DNA from: Octopus sinensis
Lineage: Eukaryota
Length of the DNA stretch: 64,000 nucleotides
NCBI RefSeq assembly: GCF_006345805.1
Contig: NC_042997.1
Coordinates: 96,038,001-96,102,000 of the forward strand
Direction of reading: 5' to 3'
Part shown: one piece after another, positions 13,801-27,155 of the stretch
Numbering within the stretch: position 1 is the first letter of the stretch
Layout of the letters: every line of letters starts with the position of its first letter
Position numbers and translations under genes: made by a program
Notes under the pieces: generated by a model
Seen by the model: only the letters and a program-made list of their open reading frames with translations
Database searches by the model: none
Told to the model about the DNA's origin: nothing

Positions 13801-14400
13801 TTGTTGTGTGGCTTCTATCTACATTTTCCTGGTGTATTTTTCCTTTTAGATGTTCTATTTCTATCTCTGATATTTTTTTGCGTTGAGAATGTATCTTCGT
13901 ACGTCAGCTAGTTTATTAGGGTTCATTGCTGTATCCAAGTCTATATTTATGTTATTTTCCTTCCATATTTTATATGTATGTGTTGTGTTTTCATTTTGTG
14001 GGTAGAGCACTGCTGTGAAGTATGCGTGTAGGACAGAAATGTATTCCTCACGTGTCCATTCATGTCTTTTGGGTTTTATTTGCGGGACATGAGGAACAAC
14101 GTCCGGCCCATTATTTTGACGGTCGTCATTTTCGTAGGGTACCGGTCCGTTCATTTCTGTTGTCACATTGTTTTGCACGTGTAGTTTTTCGTACATTTTG
14201 TGTTGTAAGTTTAAAGTACGTACTTCCCGATTGTTATTCTTGGGTTGTTATTCTTAATATCAGTGATATTAAGAATATTGTTATTCTTAATATCAGTGGT
14301 ATTTAATTTCTTCGTAGTTTCTTGTACATGGTGTTTGGGGTTGGGGATGATCTGGTGTTGATGGATTGTAATGTACCACGCATGTTTACATGTGTTGTGT
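10805..14400 (-). mobile_element. Near full-length R4/Dong-type retrotransposon (copy A): N-terminal domain, RT, CCHC, restriction-like endonuclease; frameshifted
   Basis: ORF 11547-12992 (481 aa): ENYRPIPCL, EEQKGCRKGSYG, AWIDYKKAFDS, RGIFQGDTLS, LLYMDD. ORF 11205-11498 has CRICGDGQETINHIISGC; ORF 13861-14196 has KRHEWTREEY. The 3' end abuts (ATC/ATT)n at 10739-10804. The 5' end is approximate. Confidence 0.9.
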
Positions 14401-14593
14401 TAGAGGTGGAGATGATATCGAGTTAAAATGCATCATTTCGTTTCTAAAATAGTAATAAATTTCAATGACATAGGCCAATCCTTTGTTAGTAAATTTTTGG
14501 CTCCATACGATGTCTTTGTTTTCGATGTTTCTGGATATATTTCGGAGCTCTGTTTTATCGTTCTTACATCTTAGATGTCCCCGGTGTATTTCC

Positions 14594-14625
<32 letters not shown>

Positions 14626-14629
14626 GTCA

Positions 14630-17346
14630 TGTTTTTTCCTTCTTTCTTCAAATTTTCTTCCGTTTCTCGCCGAGTGTTTTCCATACACCTAGGGCAGAGA
14701 AGGGCATTGCATGGATTTCCAGATTACACGCGCAAATTCAAAGATAAAATATGTATTTAAAAATTAATAACTAAATAAATTCATGGATGGATGGTATTTT
14801 CACAGCAATAGTGCCCTTCTTAGTACATGAGCCGTTCCAGTTAATACGACTTTGCACTTCCTGTAGGGATGGTAAGCCTGGAATCATTTTCAAATAGGTT
14901 TCAGTATCTTTTTTTATCATTCCTAGAGATCCTACAATCACTGGTACTGTAGTCGCCTTGAGATGCCACATTTTTTCAATTTCTATTAGCAGGTCTATAT
15001 ATTTACTAATCTTGTCAAATTCTTTCGCCGCTATATTGTGATCACAGGGAATACTCATGTCAATTAATAAACACGTCCTTTTTGTCTGATCTTTTATAAT
15101 AATATCCAGTTTATTAGCTTTTATAGTCCTGTCGGTCTGCACGGGGAAGTCCCATAGAATCAACACATTTTTTCCCTCAGTCACAGCTTCAGGATGATGT
15201 TTATACCATTTGTCAGCGGTTTTGATTTTATAATGCCGATATATTGTCCAATGTAAATACTGGCCGACTCTGTCATGCCTTGCTTTATATTCTGCAGGTG
15301 CTAAAACTCTGCACCCTGAGATTAGGTGGTCTATTGTTTCAATCTCATCGTTACAGAATCGGCATTTTGGATCAGCTCTGTTTCTTATCACATTGGCTTG
15401 GTAGTTCCGGGTTAATAAGCTTTGGTCTTGAGCAGCTAATATGAAACCTTCACTCTCTGCTTTTAGCCCTGAGCTTCGTAACCTTTGGTGTGTGTGTTTC
15501 TGGTCGACATCAGCTTGTTTGCTACGGGCCACATACTTGCCATGGAGAGGTTTCTGTTCCCATCTGCTAGCTAAATTTTCATGTGCTTTTGTCTTTGCAA
15601 TTAATTTTATTTTCTTTGCAGCTGCAGTTGGCGCATTTCCTTCAGTCTGCTCAATCTGGTGGGTATCTAAGAGATCAGCAGCGAATTTTTTGCTCTCTTT
15701 GAGAATAGAGTGAAGTTTTTTAGGTCTTTCATGTTTTTCAACAAGTTTTAGCATCCAGTCGTGGTTGCTTCAAGGTATTTGGCCAGTCTGATTGTGGTGG
15801 TTTTGTATGTAAGTTTAAGCTGGATCAAACCTCGACCTCCCTGAGCTCGGGGAAGGTAAAGGCGATCCACGTCTGCATTTGGATGGTGCATCTTATTACA
15901 AGTCAGTAGCTTGCGGAGTTTTCGTTCAATTTTCATTATTTCACTGGTATTCCAGTTAAGCACGTTGAAGCTATAAAGAACAACTGGTACTGCTAAGGGG
16001 TTTATGGCTAAAACCTTATTATATGCATTCAGCTCAGACTTCAGGACTTCTCGAACTCTTCTATAACATTCTTTCCTAACCTTCTCTTTCATGCTTGCAT
16101 GCTGGATACCAGAATCTTCATTTATTCCTAGGTATTTATAGGTTTGTTCCTGCTCAAGTTCCTTTATTATTATTTCGACATCTAATTCGATTGAACTAGA
16201 CTTTACCAATTTCCCTTTCTTAAAAGATTCATCACTGAATCCTTTCACAGTATGTAATAATCCTTCAAGCTCTTCATCATCTTTGCCATATAGCTTTAAG
16301 TCATCCATATAAAATAGATGGCTTATTTTCTTGCTGTCAATTTTGTAACCATATCCCGTTCTATTCAGTTCACTTGAGAGTGGTATTAGTGCTATGCAGA
16401 AAATTAGTGGTGAAAGTGAGTCACCTTGGAAAATTCCACAGTTTATGCTAATGTTGTTTGAGTGCAATACTCCATTAGAATGATATAATTGGAGCTTCGT
16501 GTTCCATAGTGACATTATACTTTAAAAAATCTGAAATCACAGGAGAAATTTTGAAAATGTCCAGCGATTTCAGAATCCACGAATGTGGTATGCTGTCAAA
16601 GGCTTTTTTATAATCAATCCATGAAGAGCTGAGATTTCTGCGCTTGCTATGGCAGTTCTCAAGGATCATGCGATTAATTAGGAGTTGATCTTTGCATCCG
16701 TATGAGCCTCGTCTGCATCATTTTTGTTCAGTTGGAAAGAGGTTATTCTCTTCCATAAACGTATATGTTTTCTCTACTAGAATAGATATCAAAATCTTAT
16801 AGGTAGTAGATAAACATGTTATAGGCCGGTAGTTGTTTGGGTGTTTCGTTTTGTTATTTTTGGGGAGGAGGTAAGTAATACCATTTGCCATCCAATGTGG
16901 TGTTTTTTCGGGGTGTTTCACAAATACTATTAAATAGTATTACTAACATTTTGTGTGCGGACGAGAGTGATGAAAGCCAGAAATTTGGTACTCTATCAAT
17001 ACCAGGGGATTTCCACTTATGAGCCTTCGTTAGTGCCCTCCTTAGGTCAGCGATTAAGATGCCTTCCCATACCAGTTCTTGTAGATTGTTGTAGGCATCT
17101 TGGGTGCGTTTGATCCACTCTGCATTTTCATTGTATGGTTTCTCATCACTCCAGATCCCCTTCGAAAAGTGTTCAACTTCTTCCATTAGGGGTGGATTTT
17201 CAATGATTATTTTTTCTTTCCCTATTTCCCTGTAAAATGATTTGGCATTGGATTTGAACATCTTATTTTGTTTGTAGAATTTGATTCTCAAATCTGCATA
17301 TTCTCTGAGCTTTTGCTTGAACTTTTTGTTTAAGAGTTTCTTTCGC

Positions 17347-17347
<1 letters not shown>
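14630..17347 (-). mobile_element. R4/Dong-type retrotransposon (copy B), 5'-truncated
   Basis: NYRPITCL, SWIDYKKAFDS, GIFQGDSLSPL, LFYMDDLKLY, CRFCNDEIETIDHLISGC, DFPVQTDRTIKANKLDIII...LIDMSIP. Flanked by (ATT)n at 14594-14625 and 17348-17405. Confidence 0.9.
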
Positions 17348-17382
<35 letters not shown>

Positions 17383-17405
17383 TGATTATTACTATTATTA
17401 TTATT

Positions 17406-20400
17406 GCCTTTGCACAGATTCTAACGCCGGAGATGTATTACAGTGTCACCTATTCACTACCAGTAAACTAAGGTAACACCTCTTATTGTTCGAGCACCTT
17501 CTGGAGTATTCGAGTGGCTCCAAGCAGTGCTGTTTTCTGCAAGTACTCCACCCTTATTGCAGCTCCTATTTGTTCCACGTACTGATCGAGATTTTCGCTC
17601 TCTGTTGCCAGGGCTCCGACAATTATTGGTATCACTGCTACCTTTTTCATCGACCACAATTGCTTATTTTCCCAAGCTAACCTGTCATATCTCTCGACAT
17701 TTCTTTCTTCCTCATTACATAACTTATTGTCAGCTGAGCATGCTATATCTATGATCTAGCATAGTTTGTTTTCTTTCTCAATTAAGACTATCTCCGGCTC
17801 CTTATTCTCTATCTCATGGTCGCACTGACTCATAAAATCCCATGCGATCTTTGCATTTCCATTTTCGATGATGCCTTCAGGTTTGTGGCCGTACCAATTT
17901 TTTGTTCTTTCAAGTCCATACTTGTTACAAAATGCCTAATGTACAAGCCTGGCTATATTGTCGTGGCGTCTCTTATATTCCTTCTGGGCTAGAGGCGTAC
18001 ATTGGCTGTAATATGCCATACGGTTTCACCGTTTTGTCCACAGATTCTGCACTTATCACTCTCTTCTGTGTTGTCTATTCTGTATTTTATGTAGTTTGTT
18101 CTTAGTGCTTGCTCTTGGGCAGCACATATCAGAGCCTCCATTTTCGGTTTTAAATCACTTTCAGTCATCCACAGCCATCTTTTTTCTCTGTCTTATCTTC
18201 AACATCCCTAAGAAATTGTCCATACATTCTTTTCTTTACCCACCTATTTTCAGTTTCATTCATTTTAAATTTCTTGTATAGTGCTTTATATTTGCAATCT
18301 TTCATCGTACATAAGCCTCACCAACTTACTTCTAATAAAAGCGGTTCTATGGCACTTTTTACATACAATGCTATGTTGTTTTCTTCTGATCTAATACTGT
18401 GTTCACATCCAATAAATCCTCTTCCCCCTCTTTTTTTGTACATATTTCTGTCAGTGTCACTTTTTGGATGGAGTGACCCATATCTAGTTCGCAACTTCCT
18501 TGTCTTTCTGTATAAGTTGTTTAGTTCGTCTACTGTCGATGTGAGTACCCCTGATCCATATCTAAGAAGAGAAACTGCCCAAGTGGTGATAGCTTCGATC
18601 TTATTCCGTCCATTTAATTTGGAATTTAGGATCAGTCTCAGTCTGCGCAAGTACTCCATCTTAAATTTTTCTTTCATTTCTTTCTCCATCAATGTATCAA
18701 TTTCCAAAATCCTCAAATACTTATTGCCCGTCCTTTCTATCTGCTTCATAACCTTCTCCTACGGTATCTTTAGCCCGTCAATACATTAGATATTGCCTCT
18801 CTTCAAGACTAACAGACCATACTTTCTCAGTCCGAACTCCATTCCGATATCAGCACTGAAGTTATAGACCGTATCAACGAGGGAACTGACATGGGCTTCA
18901 TCTTTACCATAAAGTTTGAGATCATCATTGAATAACAAATGGTTGACTTTTTATTGGCAGCTTTGGAATACATACCCAGCTTTTGCTTTCCTCAGAATCA
19001 GTGTTAGTGGTATCAAGCACAGTAAAAAGTTCAGTGGGGAGAGGCAGTCCTCTTGGAAGATACCTCTCCTAATTTTTATTGTCCATAAGCTTCTTCCGTA
19101 TGCTGTCAGGTCTGTCTTCCAATTCGCCATATTTTTCCAAGAAATCGTTCAAAATTCGATCCAATACCAAATAGGTTCACACATTCCATAATACACGAAT
19201 GTAGGATCATATCGTACGCCTTACGACAGTCGACCCATGACATGGTTAAGTTACTTTTCCTCCTCTTGCAGTCTCTAAGTACAGTTATGTCTATTAGGTG
19301 CTGATCATTGGTACCTCTACACATGCGCTTGCAACCTTTCTCATATGGCAGGACTCTATTTTTTATCCAAATGTTCGTACATCGACTCTGCGAGTATTCC
19401 AGTCAATAACTTCCACATAAGTGGCAAACAGGATATCGGCATATAATTGTCAACTGTATTACATTTTCGATATTTTTCAGGCACAGCACTCTCCTACCCA
19501 ATGTCAACCACTCTGGTGTTACTTTGTCGGCTTTTAACAAGGTGTTGAGTTACGCAGCTATTCGTGCATGACATTCACCAAATCTTTTGATCCAGTAGCC
19601 TTGAAATCCATCTGCTCCCGGGGCCTTCCAGTTGCTCTTTGTTTTGAAATGACTAGCTCTGCCTGTTTTGGACAGACTACTGTTTGTTTCAGTTCTTGCA
19701 ACCATTCAGCATCATTCTTGTGCTCCTTATCTTTGCTCCAGATGTCACTTCATAACCTTTGACTTTCGATGTTATCTGGTATCAACATTTCATCTGCACA
19801 CTCCCCCTTTATTTCTTTATAGAATCTCTTCTGATATAATCTGAATAACCTATTCTCGTGGTAACCTTTCATTCTTTGGTCTTATCTTAACATCTTTGTT
19901 TTCTTTGCAACGAGGTGCTGTTTCAGTTCCTCCACTACTACATTCAGGCCCGTTCTTTCAATATTATACCTCCTTTTCAGTGCCCTGTATTTCTGTTCAC
20001 TTTTAAGCTCCCATTTCACTTTTTGGTCTAACAGAGATTTCCTTCGAGAGCATGTCTAACCCTGCCTGGATTCTTCTTTTCCACCATGGATCTTTTCTTT
20101 TGTCACTCTCATTATGTTTCTTTTTCTTGACATCAGCCCCCACGTTTTCTGCTACAATAAAACTTGTTGCCTTGATCAAATTATTTGTTTCTGTGATGTT
20201 GTTTCTTCTGATGTATTTCAGAATTTCATTGACATTCTTCGATTCTCGGTGCAATATCCATCGATCGACCTTTTTAAGGTTGCAAATAATGTCGCTATCG
20301 TTCTCCAGTAGTCTTAACTTTATTCTGTTATAGATTGCCTTTTGTTCATCTGTCATTAGTGTTATTGCCTTCTTTTAGATCACCTACATGTCTCTCATCA

Positions 20401-21114
20401 AGTAAACTACCACTGCTACTTTCTTCTTCTATGGGTTTACACTTATTAGTAAGAAGTATATTTTCATTGTTACCTCTGCTGCTATTTTCCATGATCCGTC
20501 TTTTGATAGCTTTGAGCTCTACTTCTGTGCACCAACAATTATTTTCTTTTTGCTTTAGCTTGATCACATAGTCTTTGTTCCTTTAATTGAAACAATCCCT
20601 TTTCTCTCCAATGATCATATATACGATGTCGGTAACCCCTAATTTCAGCACCATTTTCATCTACCAGGCTGTTCAGATAGTAACACTCCATGACCACAGC
20701 ATTAATTTGCTTGCTCCATCTGCACTGTGTGTGGTGGTCCCTTTCTGAATACTGACAGGCTGGAGGCAGACTAGAATCTCTGAGCCTACCAGGTGTACCA
20801 CTGTCACCATCATTGGTTTCAGTTTCACTCACACCGTTATTCACAATTTTTTTTTCATTGTCACTCATATGAGGTAGCGATTCCAGGTTGCGCAATACCA
20901 GTGTTTTCATTGTGACACCATCACTAGATGTATCATTATTAATCAGCCCATGAGGCTCCATTCGTTTCCTTTCATTATTATTATCATCATCACTTATAGC
21001 ACTGATATCATTGTTTTTTTTTGTGTGTAGTAGCAGCAGTAGTCGCAGCGACAATAGTAGGGGTAGGAGTAGAGTTAAGGGTGTTAGGTGGGCCTCAGAT
21101 TCCTGTGCTAACAT
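17406..21114 (-). mobile_element. Near full-length degenerate R4/Dong-type retrotransposon (copy D)
   Basis: N-terminal RWSKQINAVVMECYY...GYRHRIYDHWREKGLFQLKEQRLCDQ; KDPWWKRRIQ; [10 protein letters not shown]; DSFPHFLRRFRI-type thumb region; RLE-type C-terminus. The 3' end abuts (ATT)n. Confidence 0.85.
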
Positions 21115-21543
21115 AATAGTAGTAGTTGTAGTATTATTATTGTAGTATTTGTAGTATTTAGCATTAGCAGCTGCAGCATATTAGTATTATTTATATTTTT
21201 ATCATTATCACCATCACCGCCACTACCATCGTTGGAGGAACTAGTTGGGTAGCAGTATGGTAAACAGATCATATTCTACAGGTCAATAAATATATTCGGC
21301 AGTTGGTGGGGAGGTCAGCCATAGAAACAAAGGAATTTTTGGACCCTTTGGGTCAGTAGAGGTCAAATATGTTTACTACTACCAGTGGCCTCTGACCACT
21401 AAGGGCACTGCCATGATGAGAAGCAATTCGTCATGTTCTATTTGTAATTACTGGTAGAAAAAGCACAATAATAATAATAATATTATATATACATATATAT
21501 ATACCCACGTATGTACACACACACACACACACACACACGCGCG

Positions 21544-21611
<68 letters not shown>

Positions 21612-22072
21612 CTGATATTCACGTCGTTGAATTTTTGATTTACTGAATTCAATTGTGTTGTTGCAATAAAAGTTGTGTTTACGTATTTGGATAATATATT
21701 AAAGCTTTTAAGTTTCCTTGAGATGTTCGTTTGTTTATCTAGTTGGCGAATACAGTAGGACTTTTGCAATGAAAAGGATGTTTACCTTTTCGAAAACTCG
21801 GTGAAGAGTCAAAATGAAAAGATAATAAGTTGTAGATAGTACAGTTTTAAGATTAACTAAATATGTTCTTTTGTATGACCGCACACAGAGAAATGGTAGT
21901 ATTCTTAGAATAAAAAGGAGGATGATGTTTACATTTTCGAATACTCAGGGAGAGAGGAAATGATAAGTATTCACACAGTAGTCGTAGATATTAAAGTTTT
22001 TTTTTAAAGCCGATCGTTTATGGGTCCGAAAGCTCGCAGTATGTATGTTTCCTATTATTATTATTATTATTA

Positions 22073-22796
22073 CTTTTTTTTTCTTCTTTCAAATTTGCTT
22101 CCATTTCTTGCCGAGTGTCTTCCCGACTCCTAGGGCAAAGAAACTCATAGTATACATTGGTAGGCCATTAAACCAAACTCAATAGTTCGTTCATTTTTTT
22201 TTTTTTTTAAAGTTAAATTAAAATACATGAGCAGCAACAGTTCTCACATCGACAATGCTCTTCTCAATACGTGTGATGTACCAGTTAAGACAATCTTTTG
22301 CACTTCTTGCAGGGATGGTAAGCCAGGGATCATTCTCATATAATTTTCGGTTCCCTTCTTGATCATTCCTAGTGCTCCTACGATCACTGGTATTGTAACC
22401 GCCTTGAGATGCCACATTTTCTCAATTTCAATGAGTAGGTCTTTATATTTTCTGAGCTTGTCAAACTCTTTCGCTGAGATATTATGATCACAAGGGATGC
22501 TCATGTCAATCAATAAGCAAACTTTATTGTTTTGGTATTTCACAACAATATCTGGTTTATTGGCCTTGATGGTTCGGTCTGTATGTACTGGAAAGTCCCA
22601 CAGAATGGTTACATTTTCTCCTTCAGTTACAGCCTCAGGGTGGTGATTATACCACTTGTCGGCAGTTTTGATATTGTAATGCCGACTTATTAGCCAGTGT
22701 AGATATTGGCCAACTCTGTCATGTCTTAATTTATACTCCACTGGTGCTAAGACTTTACATCCAGAGATTAGATGGTCCACTGTTTCAATCATGTCG
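22073..22796 (-). mobile_element. R4/Dong-type 3' fragment (copy C)
   Basis: ORF 22244-22870: HLISGC...RHDRVGQYLHW...DFPVHTDRTIKANKPDIVV...LIDMSIP (PD..D RLE motif). Lies between two (ATT)n tracts. Confidence 0.9.
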
Positions 22797-22802
22797 TTTA
22801 TT

Positions 22803-22867
<65 letters not shown>

Positions 22868-22871
22868 CATT

Positions 22872-23421
22872 GCTTTTGTACAGATTCTAACGCTGAAGAT
22901 TGACTACAGTGTCAGCTGTTCACTACCAGCGAACTAAGGCAACATCTCTTATCTTTCGAGCTCCTTCCAGAGTATTCGAGCGGTACCAAGCAGTGCTGTT
23001 TTCTGAATGTGCCCCACCCTTATTGCAGCCCCTATTTCTTCTATGTACTTCTCGAGATTTTTACTCACTGTTCCCAGGGCTCCGATAATTATTGGTACTA
23101 CTACCACCTTTTTCATCGACCACAAGTTCTTAACCTCACAAGCTAACCTGTCATATATATCGACTTTTCTTTCTTCCTTAACGCATACCTTGTTTTCAGC
23201 TGGACATGCTATATCTATGATCCAGCATAGTTTGCTTTCTTTCTCAATCAAGTCTAAGTCTGGTTTCCTATTCTCTATCTCATGGTCGCAATGAATCATA
23301 AACTCCCGTAAGATATTTGTATAATCATTTTCGATGATGCGTCCACTTTTTTCTTTGCCAAGTCCATACTTGTTGCAAAGTATCTATTGGACACTCCTTG
23401 CTCTGTTGTACTGGCGTCTCT
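22872..23421 (-). mobile_element. R4/Dong-type 3' fragment (copy D', related to D)
   Basis: HCDHEIENRKPDLDL...WIIDIACP; the 3' UTR aligns with 17406-17520. Confidence 0.85.
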
Positions 23422-23804
23422 TAAAAAAGAAAAATTGACTAAGTGTTGGACTATATCCGAATAATTAATACTCATTAAAATTTCTTTCTATTTTCCGAAT
23501 GAAACTATGTAACCTCCGTCACTCGCACAACACGTGTAAACACGCTTGCCACACTGACAAGGAGCTGGACTACACCCGAATAAGTAATACTCATTAAAAG
23601 TCTTCTACTATATCCAATTAAGTATATATCACAAACTCGTAAGTACGTAAACTAATTAATTACGTATACATCCTAGTTTTACATGAACACATTTTCATAT
23701 TTTAAAATAACATTAAGTAATGTATAAAAAGCGAATATACACACATAAGCTAATCGAATTAAAGCAAACGACTAAGGCTATTCATTATTGATTGCAAAGG
23801 CATT

Positions 23805-23898
<94 letters not shown>

Positions 23899-24129
23899 CC
23901 CACGGAAAAATATGGATGAGGTGGATATTAGGTTTTTGGTTGTCTTTTGTCTCGTTTGACGACATTCATTTGTGTATAACTATAAAAGCAGTGCCCTATT
24001 AATTTGTCTATGCTAATTGATAAGGCCTAGAGACTTAGTACTAACACGAAAGTGTTGATGACAACTAGCCAAATTCCATGTCGGACAAGAAGAAATATTA
24101 ACACTGACAAATAGTAAAAAAATGAAAAT

Positions 24130-24300
24130 ACTAATATCAGTGATGATGATGATAATAATGAAAGTAAGCGGTTGGAATCTCCCCATGTCCTGAGCGATGA
24201 TACATCTAGTGATATTGACAAAATAAAAAACATTGGTAATAGCTACCTCATATGAGTGACAATGAAGAAATAAAATATTGTGAATAATGGTGGTAATGAA
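24130..24300 (+). mobile_element. Fragment of the copy-D N-terminal region, opposite orientation
   Basis: Shares GATACATCTAGTGAT, CTACCTCATATGAGTGACAATGAA and TTGTGAATAA with the reverse complement of about 20830-21010. Confidence 0.7.
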
Positions 24301-24445
24301 GGGAAACCCTTGGTGTTGACAGTGTTGTATCCGGCAAGCTCAGAAATACTGGTCCGGCTCGTTATCCAGCAATGGGCCAGCACACATGGAGTAAATGGGA
24401 CAAACAAGTCAAGTAGTATTATTATTATCATCATCATCATCATCA

Positions 24446-24510
<65 letters not shown>

Positions 24511-24543
24511 GTTATTATTATCATTATTATTATTAATATTAGT

Positions 24544-25234
24544 CAGTAGTCTCATTTTTATCACGTGCTTTCACTGCACTTCCGAGTGCAGCTCTGTGTG
24601 ACTTGGGTGTGTGCTGTGGTTTGTTATGATGCTCTTACTTTTACTGTATTGAAAGTGTTTTTGTAGGATGCGTGCGGTGCCTAGTAGTCCTATTTTCTGT
24701 ATGTTAAATATACTTGTTAGTCCTGGTGTTTTTGTTATGTATCAGAATATTTTTTTTAAATACCTAATGCGCCTACTTTGACAGGAATGTTTTCTGTTTT
24801 TAGACTCCACATTCGAGTTACCTATATTTCCAGATCTTTGTATTTTGAAATTTCTCCGTTTAATTTAGAGGAACATTGTCATCTGTTGTTATTGATATAT
24901 CGATTAGGAAGCATTTTTTTGGTGTTCTCTGACAACTATATCCGACATATTGGCCTTAATTTCTGTATGTGTATGGATTGGTATATCCCAGAATATGCTT
25001 GCTCTCTCACTTTCTGTGACCTTTTATGACATGTATCCACACCGTTGTTATTCCAGTGTTGACATAGCTTGCAATTTATATAGGATTGTCGTGTCTGTGA
25101 ATATATTCCTTCTTTCCAGGACTGGGCAGCCAGAGACAATATGATTTATTGTTTCTTCTTCATTGCCACATATCCTGCAGTTACTTATATTTCTTTTCAT
25201 CACATGTTGTTGGTAATTTCCGGCGGTAAGGCTT
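24544..25234 (-). mobile_element. R4/Dong-type 3' fragment (copy A')
   Basis: Aligns with 10805-11440; CRICGNEEETINHIVSGC; the 3' end abuts (ATT/ATC)n at 24416-24540. Confidence 0.9.
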
Positions 25235-25268
25235 ATTGTTGTTGTTGTTGCCATTATTATTATTATTA

Positions 25269-25319
<51 letters not shown>

Positions 25320-25324
<5 letters not shown>

Positions 25325-25448
25325 TAACTGCTTGGAATCGAACTCGGAATCTTGGGGTTGGTAGCCCCTGCTCTTAAGAAATGTCACGGTAAAAAAAAGA
25401 GACAGCAGTCTGACAGAAGGGTCTTAAGAACACGGGCTACTAACCCCA
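25320..25448. mobile_element. Head-to-head pair of truncated tRNA-like SINE heads with a 44-bp spacer
   Basis: Near-exact reverse complement of 34005-34133. Confidence 0.85.
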
Positions 25449-25451
25449 GGA

Positions 25452-25587
25452 CGTATTCTATGTAAGCCTAGTACTTTTTCTATCGGTGTCTTTTGCCGAA
25501 ACGCTAAGTTACGGGGACGTAAGCGCACCAGCATCGGTTGTCAAGCGATTTGGGGGGGAACAAACATACACACACACACACACACAC

Positions 25588-25655
<68 letters not shown>

Positions 25656-25829
25656 ATATACATACATATATACGACAGGCTTCTTTCAGTTTCCGTCTAC
25701 CAAATCTACTCACAAGGTTTGGTCGGCACTTGGCTATAGTAGAAGACCCTTGCCCAAGGTGCCACGCAGTGGGACTGAACCCGGAACAATGTAATTCGTA
25801 AGCAAGCTACTTACCACGCAGCCACTCCT
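25452..25829 (-). mobile_element. tRNA-derived SINE family Y (CORE-like centre, internal TA/CA tract)
   Basis: CTTGCCCAAGGTGCCACGCAGTGGGACTGAACCC; homologous to 42754-43145 and 43853-44218. Confidence 0.8.
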
Positions 25830-27100
25830 ATATTTCTCTTTTAATTGCCCACTTTTTTAGCCAAGTCCAGAATTTTGTACCACATACGTCTCCGCTGGTT
25901 CTCCAAAACTGTTCATGTAGACGTTTCTCTTCAATCTGTTAGACGTAGTTCTCTTTGTATTTCATTCTTGTCCTTTTCTCCTATTATGTGCTTGAGCTCC
26001 TGTTTATTTACTGCTTTTAGAAGTTTTCCTGGGCTGCTCTGTAAATACTCAATTTGGCCTTTTTCCTTTCCATCTCCACACATTCCTCTACTGATATTAA
26101 GCCTCTTCCACTCTGATCTCTCCTCAAGTACAACTGGTTGATATCAGCTTTCGGGTAGTGGGCTCTATACCTGTTAAAAACTTTCCTACTCTTTCTGTCA
26201 AGTTACATTATATCGTTTTTTGATCCAGGCTATAACTCAAACTCCATATCTGCTTAAGGATATTGCTCTGGAATGTATTGTTTCATATTTTCATTAAGAA
26301 TTTTCTCCATGATTTATGCTATTCTAAACATGTTCATTGTTTTACTTGTCTGACTGAATAGTACCATGTCATATGCTTTTTGTTGGAATCTAGCCATGCT
26401 ACATTAAGTCCCGCTAATCTGCGTCTACAATTTCTAATTATCATTTTAGCAACGGATAAGGAATCTTCTGTTGCCCTACTTTGTTTCTGCAGCCTTTCTG
26501 TTCTTCTGGTAGTAGATTGTTACTTTCCAAATGGATGGGTTGCATAACTCTTCGCCGATACATCGGCCATAAGTTTCCATATAAGTGGTAAACTGGTTAT
26601 GGGACGAAACTTTGATGCCAAGATCCCTTTCTAGGGAATAGCAACTTTCGTCCACTTGTCATCCAGGCAAGGACGTGACTTTGCTGCAGGCAGTTATCCA
26701 GTTGCACGGCGAACTTTTCATGCAACTGTGTAAAATTCATTAGGGCGTAGTACTTTCCAATTTTCTATTTTCTAAACTTCTGTCTCACTGTAAACAGATT
26801 ATTTCCGACGTCCTTTTGTCTTGGTACAGTTGCAAGTTATGTTTCCAATTTTGTTAGCCACTCCACGCTTTCTTTATATCTCACCGGCCTGTTCCACGGT
26901 CCTCCCCCAAATTGTTTTACTTTCTTCCGCATCTGGAATCAGTTTCTGGTGTTGGTCTCCTATTTCCTCAAATAGATACCATGAATTTGGACTGGAACTG
27001 TCTGTTCTGTTCGAAATCGTTGCATCTAACATGATATATTTTCAATTTAGCGTTTTAATGCAGTCACCAGGCATTGTGCATATAGAAGAAAAGATTACTA
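25830..27100 (-). mobile_element. Highly degenerate R4/Dong-type RT fragment (copy F)
   Basis: IPDAEESKTIW, KAYDMV and PKADINQLYL remnants in shifting frames. Confidence 0.6.
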
Positions 27101-27155
27101 TTTATCTTCTTCTTCATCATCATCATCATCATCGCCGTTGTTGTGATCATCATTT

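Noticed and set aside
14249-14300. 13-bp hairpin / 33-bp tandem duplication in the 5' part of R4 copy A
   Set aside because: AT-rich local duplication; no ribozyme (for example HDV-like) fold recognisable.
21340-21410. Imperfect 65-nt hairpin, and a 14-nt match to 63971-63984
   Set aside because: Too bulged for a pre-miRNA call; a 14-mer match is expected by chance in 64 kb.
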